From positions 1-41,910 of the forward strand of contig JBNGIO010004074.1 in the NCBI GenBank assembly GCA_049999805.1: a stretch of 41,910 nucleotides of DNA. Reading direction: 5' to 3'. The position numbers and the translations under genes were made by a program. A model generated the notes under the pieces. It did no database searches. It saw only the letters and a program-made list of their open reading frames with translations, and had not been told where the DNA came from. The DNA comes from Folioceros fuciformis (lineage: Eukaryota). Positions 21,479-34,471 of this stretch are shown piece by piece (the stretch's first letter is position 1; the number at the start of each line of letters is the position of its first letter).

Positions 21479-24358
21479 TCACACAGAGCCGTAGGTGCTG
21501 TCCGAAGTGCGAGGAATTGCTCTGACGGGGCCGGAGGATGATGATGATGAAGGACGCTCCCTCGTCAGAGCAGTGGCGTCTTCGGCTCTCGCGTAGCCTC
21601 CTCCGCTGCGGTCTTTGCTGACCTGAATCACGTAGCCCAAGGGCACAGAGACAGAGAGAGATGAGTGAGGGCCTTGCGAGGGAAGGAGGAGCGAAACGGG
21701 CTTGGTGGGGGACATGGGTTACCAGATCGAGACAGCTTGCGAGGGTTTGGATCCCTGGGAGGGCGTCCAAGCCATGCTGCAGGGACAGTTGAGAGTTAAT
21801 AATGAGGAGTAAAATATGTGAAAGCAAAACAGTGTGTTGCATTTCACCTTGTTTTCAACTCGAGTTTTGTAGCAGAAGCCGCCACAGCACCCAGCCAACG
21901 TGACAAGGAAGAAGCTGCAAGATAATAAATTTAGTGACGGAGGCGAGTCATGAGATGCTGGTAGCTTGGCAGTCAGATCACAGTGCGGAATGGATTCAAC
22001 TGGTTACTCACAAGAACGAGAGAACACCAAAGGTTGTCCATCCACTTGAGCCTGATTTCTCAGTAACTTGCTTATATTCTGCAAAATCTATTGTCAGACT
22101 TGGAGAAAGGGCATAGGATATACTGCACATCTTAAACCATCAACAAAAGCAGGTAGCGTGTATGAGCTTACGGCATCCCTTGCCCAAACTGAAGACAACA
22201 GGGTCGTAGTCCTTAACTGGAATGCTCACATTCACGACATAAGGACCCATTTGGGCTGTGCTGCCTGCAAGATCCAGAAACAATGGCCCAGTTCGCTGAA
22301 TGCACAGACCAGATTCGACCAGCCAGCCATAGAAGTAACAAAAGCTGAACGAACTATAATCAGGAAGTCCAATGCAGGGTCGTACACTGCCACTGCACTT
22401 CTAGGACGCTGGGAGACTCTGTTGTTGGGGCTGCGCCACCAGTTGCAGAGCCGGACAGCTGAACATCCAATCCCTTTTCAGGAGAAACCTGCAAACATCC
22501 AATCATACACAAAGAAGACTGACTTGTGACTTGATCTTTGGATGGATACAGCAGGGGTAATCCAGAAACCACTGCTTGAGTCACTCACACTGTAGGTCGG
22601 CTTTCCGACGTTGCTGGCAACCTCACTTCGTGCCGTCAGATACAAATATGTCCGCAATTGATCAGTGCCAAAACTGGGAGACACGCAATTGAAACTATGA
22701 ATGCTGATCGACAGTGTGTTCTCATGAGTTGCAAACAATGCGCTAGAAGGTAAACTTCTGCATCGGCTCTACCAATTACCTGTAGTCGCTACGGAATGCA
22801 TCGAATCCCCACTGCGTAATCCCATTCTCCACCTGTCAAGCACCCAGCGTGAAGAGGAGAAGAGCTTACATATTCTACCATCCCAAAAACTTCAAAATAT
22901 GGTTCAAAACTAAGGTCACAGCCCTCGGGTAACGAGCCATGCTGAAGAGGTTCCTTGAAGAGGTTCTCAGATAACTAACCACTTCCTTGCCTCTTGGGCT
23001 GAAGCCGACTGTGAAGCCACTGAAGACACGAGGTCCTGATTTAACACAGGACACGGCAATAACTGCACTTATCCTGTCTCCGAAAGAACGTGCTTGTCAT
23101 GTCAGAATATCCCCTGACTGACAGAACGTAGCAAAGGGGAGCACACCAAATCCAAGGAACCCACATGCAACTCGAGGAATCCAAGCTGACACTGCAGATG
23201 CATCCATGTTCATCTGCCATTGCACAGCACAACGCATAAGGTTCCTTTCATACAGTGATGGAACAAATGCCAGACACGTTCAACAGTCCACCACCTCTGC
23301 AACTGATCGATCCTGGGCAGCTTCCACAAATAATAGCTACCTGAGAGCATTAAGTCAGCTGGTCAGATTCAGCTGCGTGTCGTCACACCCATGCATCTGA
23401 AAGATGGCTTCTAACTGGCTTGCCAATTACCTCAGCAGAACGGCCACTCATATCAAAACCTTCAGTTTCACAACCTTTCAAATCCCCATACCGATACTCC
23501 TGCACCATGCATGAGATGAGATGAATAGGAGGAGGAAGGGTGGGGTATCCTACACATACGTCAGACACCTGCAAACTTGGCATTTTAACAAACACGGACA
23601 AGGCTGAAAGCAAATACAACGATCAATGTCGAGGAATTCCGCAGTTTATTGTTGGTGAGCTCTCAGATACTCACTCACTTGAACAAAATCGACTCCACTG
23701 CTAGTGCTTGGTTGGAAAGCTGAGAAACGGCCATAATTGGTGTAGGCCTAATCTCAAGACAGCAACTCACAAGTTAGAACGGATATAACCTAACTCTTCC
23801 GCAAGTGCAATCAACTGGTAATACTTTTAACCAAAGGCTTGGCATGCTTCAAAAAAGGTCAAGAGCAATGAGAAGGATTCCAAACTAAGCGCACGAGCAT
23901 ACCGAATCTGAAGACCTCTTCTGGAAGTCTTTGCAGAAACGAATGGTGTACGTGGAGCTCTGTGCAAGGAGGAATAAGGATGGGAAACATCTTAGACGAA
24001 TGAAAAAACCATAGAAACAAGCTCTGTGAACCGCAATGCTTACTTACTTCTTGATCATAGTTGAAGTCCTTCCCTACCCAACTTGTCTGCCCTAGAGGTT
24101 AAGGATAAAATCGCAAAACACTGCGGCCTCATGCAACCCTGCTCGATGGCAGCTCTCTCAGATTTGGTACAAGGATACGAAGTCGTACAGATGATTGTCC
24201 TTACTCAAAGAGTAACAATTCGATGCAGGTAAGGTAAAAGCTTCCACAACAAAAGATGGCGCAATAAGCGTGAGCGCTGCAAAGAGAAGAGCAGAGACCA
24301 CGACCCCGCTCCGCCCAGTGGCCACAGCTCCGCTATCATCGCTTGACCAGGGCGCCAT
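21479..24358 (-). CDS. Conserved plant type-I membrane protein (AT4G36440-like; Cys-rich luminal domain), many short exons
   Basis: Signal peptide; PASNCYSL..LYDF, TIRFCKDFQKR, YGDLKGCE..GRSA, GCICSV, GPRVFSGFTVGFSPR, NGITQWGF, LYLTA..VGKP, VSPEKGLDV, TM then CCGGFCYKTRVE, HGLDALPG, C-terminal TYGSV*. Homology is recalled from memory. Confidence 0.8.
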
Positions 24359-25048
24359 ACCTAGGGCTGCACCGAAGGTCCTGCCTACTCGCTAGAAGGA
24401 TCAATTTCTTTGAGAACAAAACACAGATTTGACCCACACGATCGAAGTCATTCTGCTTGGCACCGTCTCGTCCCCGGAGCTTCCCACCCCGACTCCAGTA
24501 GATCATGAATTGCAAGCATTTCCCTCCTTCGGACCGACCGAGCCGGGGACATAACTTTTGCCCTACTTGCAGACTGTGACGATCTGAGGGACCTTCAAGC
24601 GGCAACACCAGCGATCTAACATTTCGGACGAGTAGGCTGATCTCTGCCTCGTGTGCATCGCCGATTGCTCATCTTTTTACTAAGACTTTAGAGTTAACCT
24701 TGAAAGGTTCGCGAGATAAGGCGTTGATGCTACTAGGCGCATCCCGGTACAGGATACAAGCGTCATCGGAGTCTTGCGAGAAGGAGCCAAAATCTGAAAG
24801 TACTCAGTGAATTAACATCCTCTCACGCGACCACAGGCAGAGAATCGGGCCCAACCTCAGCCATTCGGCGCGAAGATGTCTACAGAAGCAAGCGAACAAA
24901 ATTGGGCAGCCAAAGGGCCGAGAGAACAGCAATGCGAACTACATCTAACCTTTTTTCCCCTATCCCCGATCGCAAATTACGACCACAGCTCCTCCAAGGA
25001 ACGACCGCCTCACGTACTCCTCGGGGAGTCAAAACGCAACAACCATGG

Positions 25049-25504
25049 TTACAGCCGACGACCTCTGCGTCCTCCCTTCCTCCTCGTGCTGTCAGTGGGA
25101 ATAGGCGTGACATCTTCAATACGGCCAACTTTCATCCCGGAGCGGGCAAGCGCGCGCAGCGCTGACTGAGCCCCGGGTCCAGGAGTCTTAGTCTTGTTCC
25201 CGCCGGTGGCCCTAAGCTTAATGTGCAGGGCTGAGATTCCCAGCTCCTTGCACCTCTGCGCCACGTCCTGCGCCGCCAGCATGGCTGCGTAGGGGGACGC
25301 CTCGTCCCTATCCGCCTTCACCTTCATCCCACCGGTCACCCGCGCGATGGTCTCCTTCCCTGACAGATCAGTGACATGCACAAAGGTGTCGTTGAAGGAG
25401 GCGAAGATGTGTGCCACTCCGAACACAAGCTCCCCTTCCCTCACAGTCGGCCCCAGCGTCACGTTCTCTTCCTTCGCCTCGCGCACCTTCTTCTTTCCAG
25501 ACAT
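25049..25504 (-). CDS. RPS14: 40S ribosomal protein S14 (uS11), intronless CDS
   Basis: [64 protein letters not shown] at 25504. Confidence 0.98.
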   Translation of the reverse strand: MSGKKKVREAKEENVTLGPTVREGELVFGVAHIFASFNDTFVHVTDLSGKETIARVTGGMKVKADRDEASPYAAMLAAQDVAQRCKELGISALHIKLRATGGNKTKTPGPGAQSALRALARSGMKVGRIEDVTPIPTDSTRRKGGRRGRRL

Positions 25505-25624
25505 GGCGACCACTTGCCTCCTCCCGCAGCTGATTAGCTTCCTCCCGACTCAAAGTCTCCGGCCACGGCGAGGAGAAGAGGCGTGAGGGCTGCGATCTTC
25601 GTCTATGTACTGAAAGGCTCGTTA

Positions 25625-25632
25625 TAGGGTTT
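25625..25632 (-). promoter_or_regulatory. Telo-box (AAACCCTA) upstream of RPS14
   Basis: TAGGGTTT on +, ~120 nt upstream of the RPS14 ATG. Telo-boxes are common near starts of plant ribosomal protein genes. Confidence 0.5.
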
Positions 25633-26095
25633 GTGCAACCTTATGTAAGAAACTGAGACGGAAAAGGTGCCCGACAAAAAATATAAAGGGGCTACGTTAC
25701 TGATATGTACAAATGTACACATGTATGTTGTCCGATTGGGGAAAAACGAGATAAAGAGGGAAGGAAACGAAACGAACCTCTTGGTCTCAAGGTATTACTT
25801 GCTCGCTGACAGTAATGACACCCACCTGCCTATGATCTCAATATCGGCCTCGGTAGGTTTTAAGCCAGGAGGGAGCTTGCCCGATCAATAATATATGTAG
25901 GTACTGGAGGCGTGGAGAAGAGCAGACGAACGTCCACACAGTCCCTCGAAAGACATGGACGGACTTGCTGTGTTTTGCATACTACGGTGTATCGGGGCAT
26001 GTGTTCCGCAGAGTCGCAACATGATCAGACTGTGACTGGAAGGTGTCCGAAATTCTTCGAGGCTGTGTGTCAAGGTGATTGGAGGAGGAAGGACC

Positions 26096-27433
26096 ATGGA
26101 ATCCGATGAAGAGTATGCTTTTCAGCTTCAGATCATAGAAACCATACACGCATCCACGAACCAATCAGGTGCTGCTTCGTCAAATCCTGTTCGACTCGCC
26201 AGTGTTGTATATGCGGGTGTACCTTCAACCCTATTTGAAGTACCAGCATCAGGAGCTTCAGTCCGATTTCCTGCAGTACCAGCAGCAATACCAGTATCGA
26301 GGAGAAGCGGGAAGGGAGTTGCGCAGGAGCACCGAAAGGAAGTTGCAAAGAAGGAGCGGAAGGTAGTTGCAGAGGAAGTCCGGGAGGGAGGTGCAGAGGA
26401 TGTCTGGAAGGGAGTTCCAGAGGAAGTCCGGGGTGGAGATGCAGAGGATGTCTCGGAGGGAGTTGCACAGAAGGCTTCGGGCAGTGACAGGGGAAGGAGG
26501 AGAAGCGGAAGAGGCAAGGAGAAAAGAGCCAGAGAATTGGAGGATCCAGGGACGGAATTAGAGTGGGGAAATAGGGAATCGAAGAGCAGTTCGAGGGAGA
26601 GGAGATCCATTGGAAGGGGGAAGGAACCAGTTGCAGAAGGAGGGAAGGAGGCGCTTGTCCCGAGTCGGAGGACTTGCGAAATTTGCATGCAGGTCAGGTC
26701 GGGTTCGAAATTTCGTGGTGCAAGAGGTTGTGACCATACTTTCTGCGTAGACTGTATGAGCCGACATGTGGAAGCGAGAGTGAACGATGGACAGGGTCCT
26801 GTGAGGTGCCCGGAGCCAGAGTGCGCGGGAGTCATCGGAAGTTTGGAGTGCGGAAGCCTGAGATGTTCGAAGAACACTGTTGAAAACCTGGAGAGGCTTG
26901 AGGTTTTGTCTTGCATCCCGGAAGCTGAGAGATTCTACTGCCCGTTCCGCGACTGCTCGGCTATGATGTGCCAGCCGCGTACGAGTAGCAGTACCTCCCA
27001 CTCCTCCACGCAGAGTCGGATAACATCGGTGGAATGTTTCAGCTGCAATAGGCTGTTTTGTGCTGAGTGCAAAGTGCCGTGGCACGCGGATCTGACCTGC
27101 AAGAAGTTCCAGCGACTTGTACAGGGGGAGTCTGTTGATGCGATTGATGCGCAGTTCCGCAAGCTAGTGACGGCTAAGAAGTGGAGAGAGTGCCCGAATT
27201 GCATGTTCGTAATCGAGCTCAGCGAAGGGTGCATCCACATGACCTGCAGGTAACTTCGATTTCACACAGCCACTTCCCTGTAAGCATGTAACCGGATGCT
27301 GACTCCGGAAGGTCCACCTCGGTATGTCAGGTGTGGGTATCAGTTTTGCTACGTATGTGGACGGAAATGGGAGAGCCGTGTCTGCTCTTGTGTGGGGGAC
27401 GCTCCCATGGGGATACCGGTCCGATGGCGTTGA
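26096..27433 (+). CDS. RBR (RING-IBR-RING) E3 ubiquitin ligase, 2 exons
   Basis: DEEYAFQLQ, RING1 CEIC..CDHTFCVDC..CPEPEC, IBR YCPFRDC..CFSCNRLFCAECKVPWH, RING2 CPNC..EGCIHMTCR/CGYQFCYVCGRKW; intron 27250-27330. Confidence 0.93.
26369..26467 (+). repeat. Coding 48-bp tandem duplication in the RBR N-terminal linker
   Basis: AEEVREGGAEDVWKGV / PEEVRGGDAEDVSEGV, with a weaker 24-bp sub-period extending upstream. Confidence 0.8.
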
Positions 27434-28429
27434 AAGAACAAGCTCTTTTCATGTTCCTTCAGGATGTCGCCAAGCAACCAAAACAGGTTGTACATTAGCG
27501 CAGACTACCGAGTGTCTTTGATGGGTAGACCGCCGACTTAATTTATTAGGGTCGGTTCCCGGAAGTGGGTTATTTTGTGAGAATAGAGCGAGACATATTG
27601 AAGAGGACAATTTGTAACAGGCAGCCCCCTAGGACTTTTGCGTCAGGGAATGCTTAGCAGTGAGCACCGACTCAAGGATGTTTGACAGTGGAGTTCCGAC
27701 CACGGCTGCTTGGCGGTGTGGCGGTCCACTGTCAGTTTTGGGAGGTGAGTTTCATACTCGCCTAGTTCCGAATTAGAAGACACTCTTCAGGAGTAGGAGC
27801 CCCAACCAAAATGGTCGGGCAGTTACGCAATTAGGACCAATCACTAAACTCCAGCTCCTAGCTCAATAAAATTCCTTAATGACAAGATCCGTCGCGGGTT
27901 AGATATTTTTAATGAAGATTTTAATTTCGAGTAAGTCACCTTCTGGGGGTTACCAAAAGTCATGCGGGCTGAAGGATCTCTGTAGAATCTTGTCTTCAGA
28001 GCATCTTTGCGCATGGAGATATTTTGTCTTCCTTGGCCTGAACGTCTCTTTTGCTCGTGGGTCCGAGATCCCAAGAACGCATGTCAAAAAAATCCACACC
28101 TCGCAAGGCTACGACAGCGAGGGATGACTTCTAGATCTGTAGATGCTGACAACCGTCAGACAAGATGGACCGATGGGATTGGGCACACCACATGAGATAC
28201 TATCAGGGCTTTAAAAGACGTTTCTTGCATGGAATTTGACGTGTTCTGGTGTAGCACGCTGTTCTGTCTTTGAAGGGAGTCAAAAAGGGGTTGGCGTGAA
28301 GTCGAGGTCTACCACACGCTGTGATACATCAAGCGTGACGGCATTGCAGGTCACGATGAAGTCAGGGTGAACAACTAGATTAGTGATCTCCTTTCAGTCT
28401 GTCTACCAGTCACGTTCAGTGGGAGACAA

Positions 28430-31265
28430 TCATGAAGCCACACGGCCGAAGAAATGTTCCAATTGCAAGTATCCTTGCCTGTTGTTGCCATGAGAATCTG
28501 TTAACTTCGAGCGCTTTGGTCGAGTGGGTTTGCTTGGAGTGGACACCGGAGAAGTTATTCCCTATTGTAAGCCAAAACTGTGAGAAAGTTCATTGTTTCA
28601 AATCCATAACCACGTAGCAACAACTCATTCTTTCACCTACCTGTCCCAGAGATGTCTGAGAAGGTTTCAGAATTGTCACACGACCTCCACGTCCATCAGC
28701 TCCTGAAGAAATATACTTCCCGCTAGAGACTCCCTGCAAGACTGATGTGATTCCAGCTGTACGTATTTTCTTGGAGTCCAAGGGGATGCTGGGCCTGTTA
28801 TCGTCGTGATAAACTGTTGACATGTTGATGAAGCTGCTTGCTCCCCCTCCGTGGCCCTCGTCCACGGCATCTGACGCAAAAGGTGTCCTGGGGCCTGCAA
28901 GGGTGGGCAGTCACTCACTGTAAGACGCAGGCTGCTGGTTCAGTGATGTGTTTTCGGCGCAGGCAGCTTCAATGGTGGCTATCTTACAACATATGGAAAA
29001 GAGAAGGGCTTGTACACAGCAGCAGATGCTTACTTGAAGATAGGAAGCGAGGGCTGGAGCTTTGTGCCCGTGGGCTGGAACCCTGTGCCAAAGACAGCTC
29101 TCTTCTTATAGGAAGGGAAACCCCAGCTTCTAATGTGTCGGGTTCCTGGTGCATCAAAGTCTTGGAGCATGTGGTATCGTCATTGTTGTTGCTGGGTCTG
29201 GATGGATCACAAGTGAAAACAGGGTGGGACAAATGCCCTCCAAATTTCGGAGAAGAGTTGCATGCCTCTGTGGTACACCTTTCCGTGTCGGAAAATCCTA
29301 CATCAACCACCGCCTTTACTGCGAAGGTCTTGCTTCTACTCGGTACCAAGACGTCCGTCCCGCATTTGCTGGCAGGAAAGGATCTTGTCCTCAGCACCGG
29401 GGATGTACCCAAGGTGCTGCTCTGGCCCATAGCGAGATAATCAGACAGACGTCCGGTCTCTCCATGCACACCTAGTGTTGCCATGGCACTTGTCATAGTA
29501 CTAGTAGCGTGCATGGAAGATGCGTTTCTAAGCATGCCATCATCACCAACAAAGGTTCTCGGAGTTTCCGCTCGGCTGTCGGAGCTCTCATCGGTTGGCA
29601 TCCCTATCAGTTCACCCATTTGCTGCCGGCTACAACCTGTTTCATCTTCGAGACTTCCACATGCAAGACTGGCAGATAGCCTGGTAATTTTAGTCAACCT
29701 CTCCCTGCATAAGGCCGCCGAAGTGGGTGGCTCAGTTTGACGTGCAACTTGCCCTGTAGCTCCTTCCCTGGGTCCGTCACGTCGCAGGATAGACCTCAAC
29801 TTGGCATTCTCTTGCACTTCCAGCTTCCTCTCTAGTTCTTGAACCCTGGCCTGCACTCCCACAGTTTTAGAGGAAACTCGAGCCTTCCGTAACACCATCT
29901 GACTGCGTCCAGATATTCGGTACCAGGGTGGCTCACCTTCAGCTTCTTCATCTGTTCAAAAGATTTCTCACACTTCCGAACAGCTTGCCCCTCACTGAGG
30001 CCTAACTCGTTACACCTTGCCATCAAGTCCTTGTAGGTCCTGTTACAACCAGTCCCTCGATGAGACCACATCTCCATTGTGCATCAAGCACGCATTTCAT
30101 GTCCACGTTTCGTACCTGTTTCGCAGGACCAGAGACTTTGTGAGAGTATCTATGATGTCCTCCTTGTTGGAACTTCTCCCTAAACTTGCCAGCCTTAACA
30201 CATCCTCCTCAGCTATATCTGTATCTCCAATTCTGCCACAAGAAGTAACCCCGTTCAGACGAAATGCCGGCTTGTACCGTCACATACCCATGCCTCACTA
30301 TACACTCGAAACTCACAATTTGTGGGCAGCAAGCTCCTTAGCCATGGCAATATTCTTCTCGAGCAGCATAGACCGCTCCATCATCGATCTTCGCAATTCC
30401 TGTGGGACACAGATGAAGATGTCAACCAAAATGGAGCAAACCTACAGCCCACCTGCCCAAATGCAGCCCAGGAACTAACATCACCTCTTGAGTTCTGGCA
30501 AGAGCTTCTTTGCAATATGATCTCTCTCTGCTAGCTTCGGCACGTGCAGCTTCAGCCTTGTCAACTCTCACTATGTACTCGGACAGCTGCAGACGGCAAA
30601 TCACATTACTGCCACTTACACCTTTTAACAAACCCATACTTTGCATCAACTTGCACCATGAATGCCCACCTGGCTATCAAGGTCCGTCAGTTGCTCCTGA
30701 TAAGAGCTCAAGGCGGCTTTTGCAACGGAGAGCTGGCCTTCCAGCTTGATGACAAGAGCTTCGTCGGCCTGCAAAAATCAGCCATAAATGATAGGCCAAC
30801 CTAAACGTCAGGCCAAAGACATGTGTAAGAGGACTAACCACAGATCTCTCAGCGCAAGGTGCAGATTTTGAAGCAACTCCCAGCTGATTCCTAATCTTGG
30901 CGGTGTCGGCAGCGGACTGGAAGTACAACCGATGCGTCTCCTTACTGGTGCATTCTTTCTTACACAAAGGACAAGTCGCCTTCCTTCCGCGCGGCGTGTA
31001 CTCAATCCACTGCTGCAAGCTTCACAGCACACACACACACAACACACATTATCATCACACTCGACATGCACCAATGGAATTCAAACACGCCCACAACTCT
31101 GTCACCACAGACACAAGCTCAGTCCCTAAGTCACTCGTTCCATCACTCCACTCACCATATGTCGTGGAACACATGCCCGCAGAGCGAGATAGACAGCAGG
31201 TCATCAGCAATCGGCCTGGCATCCTCGTAGCAAATGGCGCATATTGCGTTAGCCTCCGCCGTCAT
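28430..31265 (-). CDS. TRAIP/NOPO-like RING E3 ligase (RING, coiled coil, low-complexity tail), multi-exon
   Basis: ICAICYED..SISLCGHVFHDIC/LQQWIEY..TCPLCK..RLYFQS; EEDVLRLASLG..DIIDTLTKSLVLRN/TYKDLMARCNELG; GADGRGGRVTIL; ends LQLEHFFGRVAS*. Confidence 0.85.
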
Positions 31266-32346
31266 CTCTGCACTCCGCCTACACCGAAGCCCGTCCTGAG
31301 TGCCAGGTCTTGGGCATCATCTCGTACCACCCTACACTACCGCCCACAACAACCCGACCGTCTGCTATGAATTGCGCTTCACATCCACACAAAATCTTCC
31401 ACCCTGCCCTGTCCTGGCCACCCTCTTATGCTCAGCTAGCTGCAGTGCAGAGAACTACGTCCATCAAACGCGGCCTGCGGGGATCCGTGCAGCGCAAACC
31501 GAACGCATTGGTGGCTCCCTTTGCCCCGGGCTGGAAGTTGCTAATTCAGCTCGCTTGGCCGCAATCCTTCCGTGCCTGGCATTGGGTCCGATTCATACCA
31601 ATTGGGCGTCAGCAGCAGGAGGAGGAGGATATGGCGGTGAGCAGGGGCAGCGCTCTAGGGGGTGGGGGACTGCAGCAGCAGGGAAGTAGCCGAAGCATGT
31701 GAGCACGCTCGAATTTTTGGCGCCAAGGGCGCGGAGCCTTGAATTGAGGGGCCGCGCCATCAAGAATGCACGAGGACCTCTGGCTCGTCTCCGTAGAGCC
31801 CGCCGACTGCACTATCATGTCATATCTCTACATCTCGCCTCCACCAATTGCCGCGTCGTCAAATTCGACTCCATATGGTCAGGGTTTTGTTCGTACAGTT
31901 GCAGTTTCAAATTGCTGCAGTGCGCAAACTATGAGGTGCGTGATGTCCTGCTACTTCAAGTCCAGCAGCAATGCAGAGTCCGGAGGCCCTGGGCCTGGAA
32001 AGTCCAGACCTGGTGAGTCGGTGTGGTAGCCAGAGGAGCGGCAGGGTGATTACAAATGTGAAGTCACATGTGAGTTGGGCTCTGCTTGGACAGATCTGAG
32101 GCACGAAGTTTTCACGAGAGACAAGAGTGCAATGGCAGATTGCTCATGTCACACATTAAATTTTATGATAAGTATACAACAGATCCAGTATTTCACATAT
32201 ATACAGCACATCCATGGCACCCTCTTGAGATGCACCTGTACCACCTTAAATGGCTACATACATGGTTTTCAGTATCCTGTATTCACAATATGGACAGTAA
32301 TACACACAACGTGGGAGGAAGCCCACGCCCTCCAGCTTCAAGCTCG

Positions 32347-34471
32347 TTAAGCCTGCAAAACCTCACGACACGAGTGCGGCAGGATGTGACAGACTAGGTG
32401 CGCAGATCATAATACACCTGCCGTCTCTTGCACAGCATACCTGTTTCTGCTGTCGTCTTTTCTGCTGACGAAGATGGCTGAGTTCGTCTCGTAGCCGAGC
32501 TGTGAGCCACGAGGAACAGCAGGACCCATTAGCATACGGCGATGACCTGCTGACAGTGGAGAATATTTGCAGGTAGGATACACAAGTGACAAACCTGCAT
32601 CACCATAGCGTTCTTCGACAGCTGCAATCATCAAGCTCCGAACCAGCACGAATTCTTCAGATGCAAAGTCAGACTCCGCTTCAGGCCTGCATCCAGAGCG
32701 TACGATGATTACGTATGTGTCTGAAGGACAAACAGCAGGAGCTGAGACAGCTGGAAAAGAGAATATCGTGAAGCACCGGTCCAGCCCAGCAATGGAGACT
32801 CCCAACGAGGCCCGGATCTGCCTTGAGGGCAACTTTGCTGGGTCACTCACAATCCGAACGCCATCGCTGTAGGCAAGGGTCTTGTTGACTTGGATGGGAA
32901 TCTGAATGATCAAGAATCAAATACGTCAAACACGATGAAGGATGTATCATGGCATAATTCGTGCTACAACAAGCAAGCTGCCACAGGCCAGAACCCACAA
33001 GACTGAGAAAGATCCATTTCTTCTTCTTCCCCGCGATACGAAACCCACCGAGGACGGAAGAACCATCTCAAAACCCATAAGCTGAGATCAGCAGTGGCAT
33101 ACAAAGGTGCATTGCCATACCTTGCATCTGGCAGCCAAGTTGATCGCATCTGATGGCCGAAGATCCAGACTCACAATTTTCTGCGTGTCTTCATGTTTCT
33201 GGATATTGAGGGGTCCAAAATTTCAACAGAGTGCGCGTAACAAGGTCCCGAGCAACAGACCCAGCGGACAGTGTACGGAGGATAGGGACACTTGCCTTGC
33301 ACAAATAAATACGAGCATAATAGGCTTCATTCACTCTGCGAGTCACCCGAGCTAACTTGGCCTGGAGAGCACAGACAACAATATCGTGGGCATGTGAGTT
33401 CACCTTCACCAGGGTCCACAACGGTTCAACCACTCCGGCTACACTCATAAATGTGCAATAGGTGACATGAGATGGTGCAAGTCAGATGGCGTGTGACACT
33501 CAACAAAAAACACACCGACTACCAAGATGGTGTCAACCAAGGGATCATTTTTATTCATACCTGATAACCCATGACGTCGAGCATGTCCTTGATAACATGA
33601 TATACAGTAGGCCTAGCCTGTAATTCACACAGCACATGAACAGAGACACCAATATCAAGATCTCAAAGCGAGTCCATCATCAGCTGGTGCAAGCAAGCAG
33701 CTATAAATGAAACGACTCTTGATACTCACAACTTGCACGTCTCGGATAGCCTCCATAAGCATCGTGCTCGGCAGCTCCGCTGTCCACCGCGAAGACCGTT
33801 AGACATCCACCAAGCCAATCGGGCGTGCACCACCATATCCGAACTGAAGCTCAAGAACAAGGGAAGGAAGCTTGCCAGAGGGCATGTTACATACTGACTA
33901 TGATTGGAAGCATAAGGTTGCTACCATCTTCCATTTTCAGCACGATCGCAGGCTGCGGCGCGTAGTCGGGCAGTGGACTTCCTTCGGGATTGTTGTGAGA
34001 ACACTTCACGAGTCTCCCGTCACGCATTTTGATGAGAAACCCCTCTGATCCGCTCTTCACCTCCACTGCGGACATGGCCGTATGCTCTCAAGACATGAGT
34101 GAGGCACAAGAAGCACTGAATCCAGCCCCGAAACCAGGCAATCAGAATCAACCCACACCTGCTTCGACAACCGACGACTCCACGTAGTCTTCATCGTGCT
34201 CGTCAAACCCATCAGCCATACCTCCGTTGTTGAAAGACATGCTGGTGTGGCAGGGGCCCTTGCACTCGGGCGACAACACGAGCCTTTGTCCTAGGAGCTG
34301 CGGCTTAGCAGACATCCAGGATGGCCGTACGGTTTCCAGCCTGTTCTTCAGGCAGGCAGATCTCCTGGGCCCGGGAGTGGCGAGCGCAATAGCGATGTCA
34401 TGGTTTAAAGCCGCGGCAGTGTGCACCGCCGCCACTGCGTTCATGGCTGCCCCTTGGAACACGGTTGCCAT
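32347..34471 (-). CDS. Bifunctional nuclease (BBD/BFN; DUF151 plus UVR-like helix), multi-exon
   Basis: DEDYVESSVVEA, VEVKSGSEGFLIKMRDGR, LPDYAPQPAIVLKMEDGSNLMLPIIV, ARPTVYHV, YYARIYL, LDLRPSDAINLAARC, IPIQVNKTLAYSDGVR, AAVEERYGDA/ARLRDEL. The last micro-exon (A*) is tentative. Confidence 0.92.
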
